From Octopus sinensis (Eukaryota): a DNA stretch of 64,000 bases. The notes under the pieces are model-generated. The model had not been told where the DNA came from and made no database searches. It saw only the letters and a list, made by a program, of their open reading frames with translations. Both the position numbers and the translations under genes were made by a program. The stretch spans positions 58,900,001-58,964,000 of the forward strand of contig NC_042999.1 of the NCBI RefSeq assembly GCF_006345805.1, read 5' to 3'. Of the stretch, positions 12,711 through 27,002 are shown one piece after another (the first letter of the stretch is position 1; every line of letters starts with the position of its first letter).

Positions 12711-14649
12711 ATATAAATACGTACATGTATGTCGCCTAAGGCCCTTAAGCCATCATCTAAGTACAATCCAGAGCGAGATATAACCATAGTCACAATGAGA
12801 AGCAAATACTACTCATACACAATGCCGAATAAGGATTCATGTATGAAATTTTCAATAATCTCGGTTATAATTAGGAAACTTGTAATAAGAATACCCCAGG
12901 AAATCTCTTAACAAGGACATCTATCTTCAAAAAGTAGATATGAAATTTATGCACTGACCAGAAGTGAACTTCGTGAATGAAGCTCTACTGGTTAAGATTG
13001 AAAACACTCTTTCTGGTTGTATAAGAGATTACACTATATACAATTTATTCGGAATTATATAATGACACCGTTGTTTTTGCACAATATAACAGGACTTAGC
13101 CAATGTTTTAGAAGTCGTGATCATCACTGTTTGTTGACCATTCGTCATAGAACAAATATCACCTCGTTATTTTTCTCTTTGAAGATAACTTATAGCATTC
13201 TCTATTTTAACCAAGTACAAACTAGAAATTAGCTGTAATGGCTGACATAATCTGAATATAGTGCGTTCGTCGGTTGAGAGATTAAATAATAAATATTTAT
13301 GTGCAACAAACCTAGGATAAATTTAAAGCAGTCAAACTAGTATTTAAACCTTTGTCTGGGAAACTCTAAACAAATGTAAATACACTTAACGAAACAGAAG
13401 AGTAAAAGAGACAAGAGTATTAATTTAACAAATTACATCTAGTTTGTGTTTGGTTTAAATAGCAGTTCTTATAAGTTCTTTTCATTGGGAGATGGATGAG
13501 AATGTACAGGTCTTCTGATGTGTGTTTAAAAATCCTGAAACATGTTAGAAGAATCTCTTTCATGTTTCTGTTTGGGAAGAAGGCAATGTGTTGCACAGCG
13601 AAAACTTATAGTTTCCTGATATACATTGTTTTTGTGCATAAATATCATATTGTCATATATCATATCATATAATGTATGTAAATATAAATATATGTGTGTG
13701 TGTGTATGTGTGTGTGTGTGCCTGTGTATTATATGTGTGATCAATATCTGTTGTAAATGGCAGCATGCAATCCAGTACAACAATAAGAAAATAATAAAAG
13801 AATTCAAAAGATACCGATCGTCTGCCAACTGATCAAGGAGTCATAGCAACGCTCGAGGTGGCAAACGAGTGCATTGTGAAACGGTTTGAAGATTTATGGA
13901 TACAAATATTGTGTCATAACATAAAGCCCAGCGAGGAATACTCTAGGATAAAGCCTGAGGATCGTTCACTCGAATGGAAGTTTGTCTACCAGGAGAAAAT
14001 CTTCTATATACTAAAAGTAAATAGAGTTTTGTGGACATGTCAGTACTATAATCATATTTCATATACATAAACTGCATAGAACGGCTAGAAATATCCAGAA
14101 CCTCCTACACTTGTGACATCATGCGGCAGGTGTAACACAGGCTTTAGTAATCGTGGTCCTTCAATCACTCTAATCTATGGCTGCGTCTTCTGTTACGGTT
14201 GCTCTTTAATATGTTACTATAATGTCCAATTAGTACTCGTACTTTGCTGCAAGTTGGGTTCGACCGACGGTACTGATTAAAGAATAACAGCAACGGAACA
14301 TACAGTTGTGTGGGCAACCGAGGAATCTTGACTGGTTTGCTATTATAAGCGAAGAAGCTACATGAAGTGGCGGTTTTTGCCTTGTAAATATGATACGCAA
14401 TCGTTGCAATGAAAAGAAATATTTCTGAAAGGTGATTCAAAGTTCATTCTGGGCAAGAAACTGATTTGAATAAATGAGTAGTGCACAGAAATTTATTTCC
14501 AGATACAACTGATTTATTCCCGGTGGCTCAACATTGGAAGATTGTCAGGTTTTACTTTCAAGCATTTGGAATACTCTATGTTACGTAGTGACTGATCATT
14601 CATGCTGGTAGGTAATTGTTCTGAGAAAATGTAAATAATGTAAAAATAT

Positions 14650-15470
14650 TTTCTCTTCTCCTCAGCTCTTTTGTTAAACTCTTCCTTGCCCATCATTACA
14701 TCTGCATTTACATCCATATCTTTCGCGGCATACTGCAGTAGGTCTTCACCACTATTTATCAAATACTCGGCAAGCGTTCTCCTTTCACTCCTTATACAAT
14801 TATCTATACTAATTAGTCCTCTGCCACCATTCTTTCTTTTCATATACAGTCCCATTACGTTTGCTTTCGGTTGAAGCGCTCCATGAAGCTTCATCAACTT
14901 TCTCGTCCTTCTATCAAGTGTTGATAATTCCTCCTTAGTCCATTTGATGATGGACGCGCTATATCTGAATACCGCCACTGCCCAGATATTCATTACGGTA
15001 AACAGAATTTTGGCAATCAGGTTGGATTTCAACAACATCTTCACCCTTTTCGATACGCCTCACTGACCTTGACTTTCATTTTTCTGTGTAGAATGTCATC
15101 CAGTTCCAAATTCCTTAAATCTATTTACCCATTATCATCGGGTTCACCCATGGTCTCTCCTGATGATAACCGCAGTCCTCTGCAGGCCGCTTTCTTCCCT
15201 CTTTCAGAATTAAGTACTGAGCATTTGGTAATCCCAAATTCCATACTGATGTCCCTGTCACACTTCTGGACCGTTTTGGTTAAGGAATCAATCTGTTTTT
15301 CAGATTTCCCAAACAATTTCAGGTCATCCATAAATAGAAGATGGCTCAAAGATAGGCCTTTCTTCCCACATCGGTAACCCATCTTAACTTTCCTAAGTGT
15401 CATTGTTATGGGTATTATTGTAATTACAAGAAAGTAACGGAGAACACAAGTCACCATGAGATCCACTGCT
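14650..15470 (-). pseudogene. R4/Dong-clade LINE reverse transcriptase fragment
   Basis: LSHLLFMDDLKLF (YxDD-type motif), MEFGITKC, and IIKWTKEELSTLDRRTRKLM..GLYMKRKNGGRGL. 5'-truncated directly against (TAA)n at about 15473-15512. Confidence 0.85.
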
Positions 15471-15471
15471 T

Positions 15472-15514
<43 letters not shown>

Positions 15515-15985
15515 ATACACGAACACATGACCTCACACGCACAAGCATATATATACATATATATGTATACATATATATATACACACACAATATAGTAATA
15601 TATATGTATGTATGTGTGTATGCATTTGCATGTATGTGTTTGTGTACACACACATACGTGCAACCTCATACACACACATACACAAATACATATTTATACA
15701 TATATATATACGTGCAAGTACTACGCCGACTATTTGTATTTACTTAACATATTTACTTGTTTATTAATGTTGCGACGGTTGACAGAATCGGTAGCCATTT
15801 GGTGCTAATACATTCTGATCATGGGATTGTCTGTTTGTGCGTTTACATGTGTCTGTGTTTGTGTATATGTACGTTTGTGATTTTCTTGTTGACAAAAAAA
15901 AAACAGTGTCTAAAAAGTTATTGATATTTTTTCCCGCGTTGTCATTCTACTGTTTTTGCTGCGTTCCTTTGTGTAGATGTGTGTG

Positions 15986-16037
<52 letters not shown>

Positions 16038-16043
16038 TATGTA

Positions 16044-16080
<37 letters not shown>

Positions 16081-16321
16081 ACGCGATGTGTTTGCTTGGT
16101 GTGTCTGAGAAGTATGAAGTAGTGTGCACTTGGTGAAGCTGCAGGCATTAAATTTCTATATATTTGTTCCGGATGAACTTACGACCAGACCTGTGTGAGT
16201 TCATTCAGTAAAATTCTCTGATGTTCTAGCTAGAATAATGCACATGACTACACATTGCATCTGCTTGTGGCCAACAACCGGAAATGTTTCGCTTCTAAAG
16301 TCTTTTATCGTTAAAACTTCG

Positions 16322-16546
16322 TTTCTGTTTCTCATACCTTCGCTAATTTAATCGTTTTTTTTTATTGAGTTAGAATTTAAAAGTCCTTAAATGACATAGC
16401 GGTCAGTGACACACAAACATTGATAGAGTTTCTCTTTCTGTTTCTCATACCTTTGCTAAATTAATCGTATTTTTTTTTTGTATTGAGTTAGAATTTAAAA
16501 GTCCTTAAATGACACAGCGGTCAGTGACACAGAAACATCAATAGAA
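16322..16546 (+). repeat. Two-copy ~114-bp tandem duplication
   Basis: TTCTGTTTCTCATACCTT...TTGAGTTAGAATTTAAAAGTCCTTAAATGACA.AGCGGTCAGTGACACA occurs twice. Confidence 0.9.
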
Positions 16547-19207
16547 GAAAATTATAAGGGTTTTGTCATTCAGAGTATAATTGGGTGCGTAAGCTTAGTG
16601 TCTCTGACCTTTCTGAAGGGCTACCGAGATTGATGGCATAAAACAGGAAGAAGCTGAAGGTGTGGTTCTCATGCAAGCAAAAGAACTTGCTCAACTGTTG
16701 ATAAACTGCAAATATTCCTCCTAAAACCTTATACAACCAACTTAACGGGCTTTTGCACAGTATCTTTATATCCCTTTCAGACACGAAGCTATTGTGTTGA
16801 CCCGTCGACAAGCACGTATAACCGAGATCACTTGCTCGAAGTGATGCAATCCCAAACAACGAAAATCCTAGGATACACAGTGAAGATTTCAGTTTGAATT
16901 AAAAAATGAAACAGAGAGATAAGAATTTCAGGCTCTGTAGAGCACTGAGATAAATAATTGGAGGTACTTAGCTACATTTGTTTTTATAGTAACTTTCGAT
17001 CTCCTGGAGATCCATTCTGCTCTAATTCATTTTGGAGCCATAGAATAAGTACCTACCAATGAAATATTAATAAAGGTCGATTTGATCGACTAATTCCCCA
17101 AAAGGTGTACTGCTAATACACTTTCTACACTTCAATGATGAAAAGAAGGGTAATGCCAGGCCCGTATTCTTTCAGGATGCCTGGGATAGGCATAAAAATG
17201 GGTAGAATATCCTTTAAGTCAGAAACCTGATAAGAATGCTACGAACAGAGGTAAATCTGCTGAAGGCATTCATGGACAGGTAGTGGGGTTGAACGGGTTA
17301 AACGGGCGACGGACTAAATATACCATGCGTTCAAGATCTTTCGTCTGACTCTATAACAAGTTACCAAACAACGGTCTAGATTAAATACTTTATTTTATTG
17401 AACAGTCGCATGATGAAAGTCTTTGTGTGCAGAGTACCGGAACGAAACCCGGAAAGCATTTTGTTCCTCGCTCCGATGATTCTATCAGGCAAACAGTGAA
17501 AGTAATAAATAATACACTATAATAAAAGAGGATTTAATGTAATGGTTTCTTTTGAGTTGGCAAGAAATAATGGCTGCGTAATCAGGCTATTCACACTCTG
17601 TAGATGATTACTCAATCTTACTGGTGTTGCTAAACATTAGAAAACACCATTAAGTAGTGTGTACACCTCAACGACTCCGAATCTAAGCGTATATGATTCT
17701 TTAAGACAACAAGATATTCTTTATGTGGGTGACCGACCTGCTAGAAATAGCAGCCATGTCTTCATTAAATTACACCCTATTTCCTTAAAAACGCGCACGC
17801 ACACACTCACACACACACACCTGCGCGCACGCGTTCTATTATGTGGTTCTTGAAATGGCGGGGTGATTTCCAACGGTTTCGACGATGTTAAATCAACTGA
17901 ATTCATGCTGGTAAAATTAAAGTAGAAGTTGTTGAGAGTTCCACAGTTACGAATAATTTCAACTTAATCTGCAACTGAATCAACGTGAAACATTGAGACA
18001 TAGCTGGGTCATTGAATTAGAGAGAAGGTGGCGGGGAGAAACTATTTTGCTCAGTGTCAGAACGGCATTTTTTTTCTCGATCTTGAAACAACGAAAAGCA
18101 GAGCTGAAATTGGTGAACGCAAAGAAGTGGAACATATTCTGCAAGTTATTCGGCCTGGTTCTCTAACGATGCTGCTCATACGCTGTCTTGGTTCTAGATG
18201 CATTATGCATTCAAAAAGGAAAATACACTATAATTATAAGCAATGGCTTGAAAGTTATTCATAACTGGATGCTTCGACCAAAGTTTTCGCAGCTAAACAG
18301 CATCAACAACGATCCAACCAGAGAGCCTCAAGTTGCTTATTAAAATAAACAAGTTGAGGCTCCCTAGTTGACTAAATCCTGAAATTACAGGCAACGTTTG
18401 ACTAAAGCGACGTTAATAACTGTCAAAATATAATTTGGTGGTGGGGCTGTTAAAAAAAAAACAAGTCTTTTTTGACTGAACACTCCCTTTTGTCAAAGGC
18501 GTTCCAGCTATCGTCAGTTTTCTTTCAAATGCGTGGGGCTGCGCTTACAATGTACCCTTCCTTTTTAGGACAGCACATTGTTATTTGAAGGGAATTTAGC
18601 TGCTATTTATAAGAGGTCGAGCATGTAGGTACTGAAACTGACTGATTACCATTGGTACAGAATCAACATCAGTATAGGTCGAGGGAGCAACAAACAAACA
18701 AAATTACGTGGCAGCTGTTACAATCAAATACAAGACCCAGTTTTCAGCCATGAGACGTTGCTTATTACAATTGCTACAAGTCTTCAAATATGTACATATT
18801 GCATATTATTGATGGCTAACTCAAACAAACCATATCCTTATAAATGCTTGACAAATAAGCGCAGATGCCTCCTAGTAATAGATTTATAATTACAAATCGT
18901 ACTGTAAGTCATCAGTTCTTTCTTATTTTTAAATCTTACAGTAACAGGAAGATGTTACAGGTATGAACCAAGTGAGACGCCATGACGTGAACTTTTAACT
19001 GGCTGCATATAGCCTCAAAATCTCACACAAACTACATTCTACTGTTTACTAGAGCTACGTTTCAGGCGACTCATGGCTTTAGAGATAACGGTTAGAAAAG
19101 ATTTGATCATATATTCCTGCTCCAGCAGAAATGCCTGGCTCTGTAGGACAAGAAACCGTACGAGTATTGTACGTCACTGATTCATCATGAAAAAGTGTAT
19201 ATGCATG

Positions 19208-19241
<34 letters not shown>

Positions 19242-19318
19242 TGTATGTATGTATGTATGCATGTATGTATGTATGTATGTATATATGTATGTATATATGT
19301 ATGCATGTATGTATGTAT

Positions 19319-19375
<57 letters not shown>

Positions 19376-19425
19376 ATATATATATATGTATAATATATAT
19401 TATATATTATATATAATATATATAT

Positions 19426-19457
<32 letters not shown>

Positions 19458-19469
19458 CTTATACATAAT

Positions 19470-19772
19470 CTTACGTCCGTGAGGTTGTGAGTTCGATTCC
19501 CGGACCGGGCTGCGTGTTGTGTTCTTGAGCATGAGACGTTATTTCACGTTGCTCCAGTTCACTCAGCTGTAGAAATGAGTTGCTATGTCACTGGTGCCAG
19601 GCTATATCGGCCATTGGCTTTCCCTTGGATATCACTGGTGGCGTGAATAGGGGGAGGCCGGTATGTATGGACGACTGCTGGACTTCCATAAACAACCTTG
19701 CCCGGACTTGTGCCTCGGAGGGTAACTTTCTAGGTGCAATCCCATTGTCAGTTATGACCAAAGGGGATCTCC
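19470..19772 (+). mobile_element. tRNA-derived SINE (group A), 5'-truncated
   Basis: Reverse-complement match to 414-725. Confidence 0.85.
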
Positions 19773-20007
19773 GATATATATATAATCAAATGAATAACAG
19801 AGGATGGATAATTGTCAGCTCATTAAACCAGTCTCTTACGGTAGATACTTACACGTTTGGCTTTTCTCTCTGTACGCAACTGGAATATCCTCTTTGATAT
19901 TTTCCAACCATTGGCTGCGAGCACAGTTTTATCCAACTGTACCAACTGTACCTGGTGCATACCTTTTCAAGTAACCGATTCTATAAATATATATATATAT
20001 ATATATA

Positions 20008-20052
<45 letters not shown>

Positions 20053-20054
<2 letters not shown>

Positions 20055-20760
20055 CTAAACAGTAAAAATAATTACTAATGGACAAGAACATGAAACACCA
20101 AGAGACACAAAGAACCACAGGACGGGACATTCGAAGCCCTCAGTCATCAGTCAAGAACCAGATCATCTTAGCAATTTCGGCTGATTATCTTGAGATTGCT
20201 CCGATATGGCAGCCCGCCAGGGAAATCTAAGCCAAGCGCATTAGATCCCCTGGAAGAAAGCTTCGAATGTATACACACGATACGGAAAACGAACGAAGTA
20301 CACGAACAAAAATACAGAATACGTGACACCAATAAGAATACAAAAACGTAAAAACAATAACGGTAAATAAAAAATAACAACAAACAAAACCAGGACGTAG
20401 GACAAGGGTCTTTCGACAGGACGAGTTGAGTTATGGGGCTGGCTTGTGAAGTTGTGCCTAATGGCCGCAGGGAGACGAACAAATACGTGTTGCTTCTGCG
20501 ACTGCTGAAACGAAAAGAGCGCTCAACAGCGGCTAGCGGTCACGTGAGAACAAAACAGGAGAAAGGGACAGATGAAAGAGAGAGAAGGTGGACGAGGGAG
20601 GAGAAAAAAGAGACAGATCGAGGGGGCTGGAGGTGAGAGAGATAGAGAAACGTAGAAGGGGGGGAAGACTGATGAGAGGGAAAGAAAGGAAGGTGAATAA
20701 GGGAGGAGAGAGAGAGGAGAAGAGACAGATTAAGAGTCGTATCAATGCTAGAGAAAAATA
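20053..20760 (-). mobile_element. Putative PLE 3'-end/pLTR fragment between TA repeats
   Basis: Minus strand reads polypyrimidine tract, then a hammerhead-like motif about 90 nt from the end, then (TA)n. This is the same layout as the 3' end of the Neptune element at 46320-46980. Confidence 0.45.
20140..20200 (-). ncRNA. Candidate non-circularly permuted (pseudoknotted) hammerhead ribozyme
   Basis: Minus strand AGCAAU-C-UCAAGA uaa UCAGCC-GAA-AUUGCU (13 nt) UCUUGA-CUGAUGA-CUGA. Perfect 6-bp stems I and III and an intact core, with strands in reversed order. Confidence 0.55.
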
Positions 20761-23700
20761 TACTTATCGTATAAGGACAATTGTGGATACATATATATAT
20801 ATACATATAGGGGCAGCTTGTATTTTAGGCATATACTGTGTTCTCAGATGTGTAAGGTTTTCTTAGTTTTTTAACAGTATTATTTCTCTACAGTTTTTGT
20901 GCCTTTCTTGTTGTTTCTGTGGAACATTAAATTTCCTAAATCCAACATCAAATGTTCCCACAGCTTCATAGTCTCATCTTCAGGCTGATGTAATGTCGAT
21001 GCCTCTTTTAATCTCTTTATGCAAAGCAAGGCCAGTATGACCCGTGTAGATATTATCATCGGAATTTGAATTTCAGCGTCGTCAGTAAAGTGTTTCTTGT
21101 TTGTGACAAGATCATGTTCATATCATCATTGTTAATGCGTATTTATATTATTGTGATATATTTTGAGTATTGCCCTCACCACAAATGATCCCTTTTTGTG
21201 GGTATTGCTGTTTGTCTGTGAGAGAGTAGTGTATTATATAGCCAATATAAATGCTTCAGTTATGACGTTAACACATTTTATGTTTGCAGTATAATTCAGA
21301 AACCTACATTTATAATTTTATGACCAATGTGGTTTATGTGCTTCTGATTTACTATTGATGACAATGGAAGCCTTTAATTATATTGTTTTAGTAATATATT
21401 ATCAATGATAATTTATGATTTGTTCGAATGCATTTTTGTCGTCTGCTTTATGTGCTTTTTACGTGTTCTGCTATTGTTCTATGGACTGGCCTATTAGTTT
21501 TCAATAATACTCCTCGTTGGCTGATGTTAGTCTTATTTTGTGGATTCCTTTGTTGGTGTTCGAAACGCCGGAATCTAATAAAGGTATTCTAACATATCAA
21601 TGGCGACGCGATATTAGAATGTAAATATATGTGTCGTACACCTGTTTTAGTTTCTGTATGTTTATATCAGAAATTCAGATGTTTCACTGATCCGGATGCG
21701 GGATTTTGAATGCTCTGATGATGCCCATCTCTTCAGTTAAATAATCACAAGACCTTCAATATGTTCATTAAGCCGTGGATAATGTCCACATTCCTGGTCT
21801 TTAACGTATTAGTCCTTTTCTATTGTGATAAAACAAAACACTGCGAGCGAGAGCTTGGGAAGGAGAACAATACATTGTCGATATTTTTGCTCATATTATT
21901 TGCATTTTGTACAAAGATACGGAGCTTCTGTTTTACAGCACATTAATAATTTCTTGAGAATTCTAGTGCATACCGTCGGTATTTTAATTCATGGGGACTG
22001 GTATAGTATCTATTAATTAATACACTTTTTATTATTTCTGACGCCGTGACTTTAATAAGAAGTCTTTCTACGAAAACATCCAGATGCTAGTTATTTCGTT
22101 TGTAGCTCCTGAGATCTTTGGGATCTTTTCTATTTCACCCTGGTATATTTTGTCTGATAATGCCTAACTGCTCTGTGACACGTGGTGGTTTAAATATTTG
22201 TGATATAAGATTGAAGGAGTGGTTTGTTTGAGCATATTTACTAATTTCTGCATGTATGCAAGGACGAATGAATTCTTTCATGAAAGGGAAGCATGTGAAT
22301 ATTATATGTGTATTAGTCGTTGTAATTTGCATATTCAGTTTAACGTATCAATCGGAATCGTACTATTCTTTTAATTTCTTGTTCTGCATGCATCTATTTT
22401 TACGACATTAAACTCGGACTAAATTTTAAAGTTTATGGTCCTTGCAGGCGTTCATGATATTCCGATTGTTGGTACCGAGGTTGTTCGTAAATTGCACGGT
22501 GCTGTGTATGTAATATTTGGGAAAATTATCCTCTTTTGTACGTACAACGACTTTTCTTTCAAGCATTAATCTAGTATAACTCATTTATAATGCTGACTTA
22601 TAATTTATATATTTATATACTTTATTCATATTGCTATTTATATTTATATATCTACATATTTTATTTATTTTACTATTTATATTTACTTACATATATATTA
22701 TATTACTGTCTAAATAGTCAAGACATATACGTTACTACGTATTCAAAAGCAGAGTATATATGGTTTTATAAATATTTATTACTTACTGAGTTACACACAT
22801 CTTTATTTTAACTCTAGAATTTCTATTCACATGCTTTGTACATATATCCAGAAATGATGTATGTATTCGTGATCTGATGAATACCTACTGGAATTATATT
22901 GCATAATTTTACTTTCTTTGCTGTCTAACAGTGTAAATTTATATATTCTTTATACGCGCAGAACAATTTTTGTTTCAGAGATGTAATGAATACACTACTA
23001 TCTTCAAATTTTATCTACTTTATATCAAATTGCTTCTTCCATATATAATTTCGCATGAGTGCTTTGCAGCTAGTTCAGAATAGTAAATCCTAAAAATCAT
23101 CATCAATTTTCCTAGAGCTTCATAAGTCTAGAAACATTATAATTTGTATTAAGTGTTTTTGGCGAGCTGCAAACTCTTTATGGTACTCACTGTCAATTAC
23201 CACCGGTATTTGAAACATGGCTGCTAAATTTATATTTCATTATTAAGTTATTTACTTTTGTTTATGTCTCAATGTTAATTATCTGTGTTTTCATTGTACC
23301 AGTACCCTCTAATAGGATTATTATGTCCATCATTAATAGTCTATGATTTTCAATTCGGTTTTGTTTTACTTTTATGTAATATACTGAACAGCATGCAGGG
23401 TGTGTTCTTTGCTGTAGTTGCATGGTTAACTAGCGGGAGAAGGTCGCACTTGCAGGCCAACATGATAGTTAATTTCGCTGATATTATCTACTGAAATTTT
23501 GTAATCCCTGCCAAAAAAGCTGCAACATATGCCAGCATCATTTGATCCCGAAAATTGGTCTATGTACTACTATAAAATTTCATGAGGCATCTATCACATA
23601 CTCTTCCAAATGAATTTTAAAATGTCACGCTAAAATGCGAAGGAACATTGATTGAAAAGATAGATCTAGAAGCCTAATTGAAAAGTTGTTTCCCTATATA

Positions 23701-24765
23701 CAAATATTAAACCGGACTGTAAAACAGCAAAAATCAAAACAGCATAAAGCAGAATACTGGAATAAATTGATCGAACGAACGACAAATATACGCGTCATCT
23801 TAGGATATAGAAACGAGAAACGGATATACTCTATAGTTAAAGATATCGATAAATCGGTAAGGAATGAATATATAATGAAGAATATTTACTCAGCTCTTGA
23901 TAATTTACGAACTTCTGTTTGAAGCCGAATTAGTAATATGAATATTCTAAGAAAACTCTACAAAGGAAAAATCGCTGAATTCGCAGTTGAAGATCAATTT
24001 CTGGATCTCACACAAAATATATTACCCACTGTCTAAATTACGGACAGAAATCTCAGTATGAACTTCTATTTACAACCGCAATATAACTAATACAGAGAAA
24101 AGTTTAAAACCAAACAACTTTGTCAATGACTAGGAAATTTCAAAGGTAGTAAATAGTAACATACTGGATAATTGTCAGCTCCTCAACAACATATAGTTTA
24201 CGTATATTAATATACAAATAACCAACACGAAATTAAAGTACACCAGAATACACTGAGAAAAGAACAACTGGAAACAATTCACTTTATGTGAATTATATGA
24301 CTAAAAATGTACAAATGTACAAATTGTACACCTATCAATAATTTTGTAGACTTACGAAATATACAATGACTCCTTTTAAGTTCACAGATAGAAAACAACA
24401 AATATGTCAGGTTCATTTGCACCAATAATTCTATGAAGACAAGTATTGTTCACGCAGACACAAAATGTCAGTGGCAATAAATGCGTATAATATACAGCAA
24501 ATACTGGTCGACAACGTGTATTATAACCAGATACTAAAACCAATCCAAAGAAGAATACATGAAAAATGAAACGGAAGTTATATCAAAAATAACTTACATG
24601 TAAATTGCGTTATAAGAACTAAATATATATATTAATTATAGAAGCTATGAATTTTATGAGAAGTTCGGTAAAACAGAAACAGAAATACCTTTAGTTTAAA
24701 CTATAAGATAACAGAGATGTACTTGCATAGCAAGTGACCTGATCTGAGATCGTGTGCTGGAACGA

Positions 24766-25024
24766 AAACAATTGCAGCGTGGAAGGTGTTTATAAGCCAT
24801 TTAAGAAGCACACAAAAACCGTTAGATTCACTTCAGCATATAAATTTAACTTTGTCAAAATATTTTCGTCGCTTTGAGACCGCGGCCTGTTCACTGACAA
24901 AATTCTGTGCTGCATCTTGCAGTGAACAGGTTGCGGTCTCAAAGCGACGAAAATATTCGTGAATCTAACGGTTTTTGTGTGTTTCTTAAATGGCTTATAA
25001 CCACCTCCCACGCTGCAATTGTTT
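24766..25024. repeat. Foldback: two inverted copies of a PLE-like terminal repeat
   Basis: AAACAATTGCAGCGTGG...GTTCACTG (23-nt spacer) CAGTGAAC...CCACGCTGCAATTGTTT. The right arm lacks about 27 bp. Confidence 0.85.
24851..24901 (-). ncRNA. Candidate minimal type I hammerhead with G3-C8 swapped core
   Basis: UUUGUCA-GUGAACA-G-GCCGC(9 nt)GCGAC-GAA-AAUAUU-U-UGACAAA: 7-bp stem I and palindromic stem III. A second copy on + at 24920-24958 has stem II GUUGC/GCGAC. Confidence 0.55.
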
Positions 25025-25937
25025 ATAAGATAACAGTAATTGTATAACGCAAACTGCATAATAATTCAAACTAACTTCTCACAAACTTTTAAACTGGCGG
25101 GGAAGAAACATATGACCGACCTGATATATAAATTTTATTGTAAATGTGGGAGTTATTAACGTCATGATTGCAAATGTTAGAGAGGTAGGATAATCTCTCA
25201 GCACGGAAAACACTTCCGGCAAAGAGCAATCAGCCTGCATTATACAAAACACACGCATATGCTCACACAAGCACACAGACACAGACACACAGACTCACAC
25301 ACGTTGACACACATTACAGATCTATATCTACCCTAATTGCACCAAATCCAGAACTACTTACCTCCCTTACACATAATATTTTTACTCAGAGACTAGTAGA
25401 CCTGACACCGTTTAGTAATCGGTGTGCATTCAAAGCAATGATTAGAAATTTTACCAAACCGGTATGCTTTTGAATCTCTTTAACAATTCAAAATAATGAT
25501 TTTTATTTCTTCTATTCCTACCTCAGTTTATCTAATTGTACTTATCTATCGTTACTTTTCATAAAAATCCTTTACTTTTTGATTTCCAATATGCATTTTC
25601 GCTTATCTTTCTTCTTGCTTTTCCCCTTAAATTTCCACGTGTAGTTTCTATTTTCTTTTTGTAACATATTTCTATTATGTATATACATATAGAACCTGCG
25701 TTACTAAAACACATGCAACATACGCATTCACTAATTATGCACATAGCATATAGACACATATGTACACGCGGATGCGTATACTCAAGCACATCTATATACA
25801 TAAGGAAACATTTAGGTCTATCTGCATCCAGCTACCTCATATCTGTGTGTCAGTGACTTGTATGCCTGTGTTACAATGTGTGTAATGCATCTGCATATAA
25901 GTATGGAAAATGTACACACACACAGCTACACACACAC

Positions 25938-25968
<31 letters not shown>

Positions 25969-26302
25969 CCCACATACACAGAAACACACGCACACACTCG
26001 TAAACACACGCCACTCACTCACAAACACTCCGTATAATTTTGTGTGGCTGGAATGTGTGTATGCGTATACATATAATGTATAATTATGTATATGCATATA
26101 TATATATATATACACACACATATATTATATATATTATACATATATAATTATATATATATATATAATATATATATATAACATATATATTGTATGTATCTTG
26201 TGTATATATATATATGCATATATATCATATGATATATTATATATGCATACATATATATATATATACATACATATATATATATATAGTATATATACGTATA
26301 TG

Positions 26303-26339
<37 letters not shown>

Positions 26340-26749
26340 TATTTACACACATAACATATACTACATACGTATGTATATAAGTGTTTACGGTTGAACAGTC
26401 TTGTACTGTGTTCTAAGTGAAATGTTTTATGAACGGCAGTAAAGATAATAAGATCACACAGATGAATTAGCACACACAAGGGAGCTACTAAGTACTTTTG
26501 ACGGTCGACCACTCTCTCCACTCGTACAACGCAACTAAATTCGGGCAACAAATGTTCAAAATGATTGTATGTCACTGGAGAAGTTCCAAAAAGTTTCAAT
26601 TGAAATAATACGTTGCTCGGAAATTTTCCATTGATCGGATTTAACGACAATCTCTTAAATTCATGTGGATCATTTCATTGTAATCAGTTCTTCTAGAAGA
26701 ATGTTCGAAACTATTCTCTTCTCTTTCCTTTCCGTCTGATTTTCTGTTT

Positions 26750-26793
<44 letters not shown>

Positions 26794-26825
26794 GCTGTTG
26801 TTGATAATGTTATAGTTTTTGTTTG

Positions 26826-26864
<39 letters not shown>

Positions 26865-27002
26865 GATACATAGACTTGTTTATTTTGTCTCTTTATTTTA
26901 TTTTCGTCAGTTTTTGTAACGATTTCATGTGTTACAAAGACTTTGTGAACATGAACAAAGATTTAATATAGTGCCGCATGGTTATTAGAATAGTTACGAA
27001 TT

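Noticed and set aside
19051-19140. Minus strand AGAGC-C-AGGC...GCCU-GAAACGUA-GCUCU, like a hammerhead lacking UGAUGA
   Set aside because: The core strand is absent and the short stems could be chance.
21542-21580. GGATTCC...GAAACGCC-GGAATCT followed by AATAAA
   Set aside because: The core is unrecognisable and U16.1 is missing; at best a fossil.
23500-24650. A-rich stretch with QFLDLT, possibly an ancient RT
   Set aside because: Single short motif, no sustained frame.
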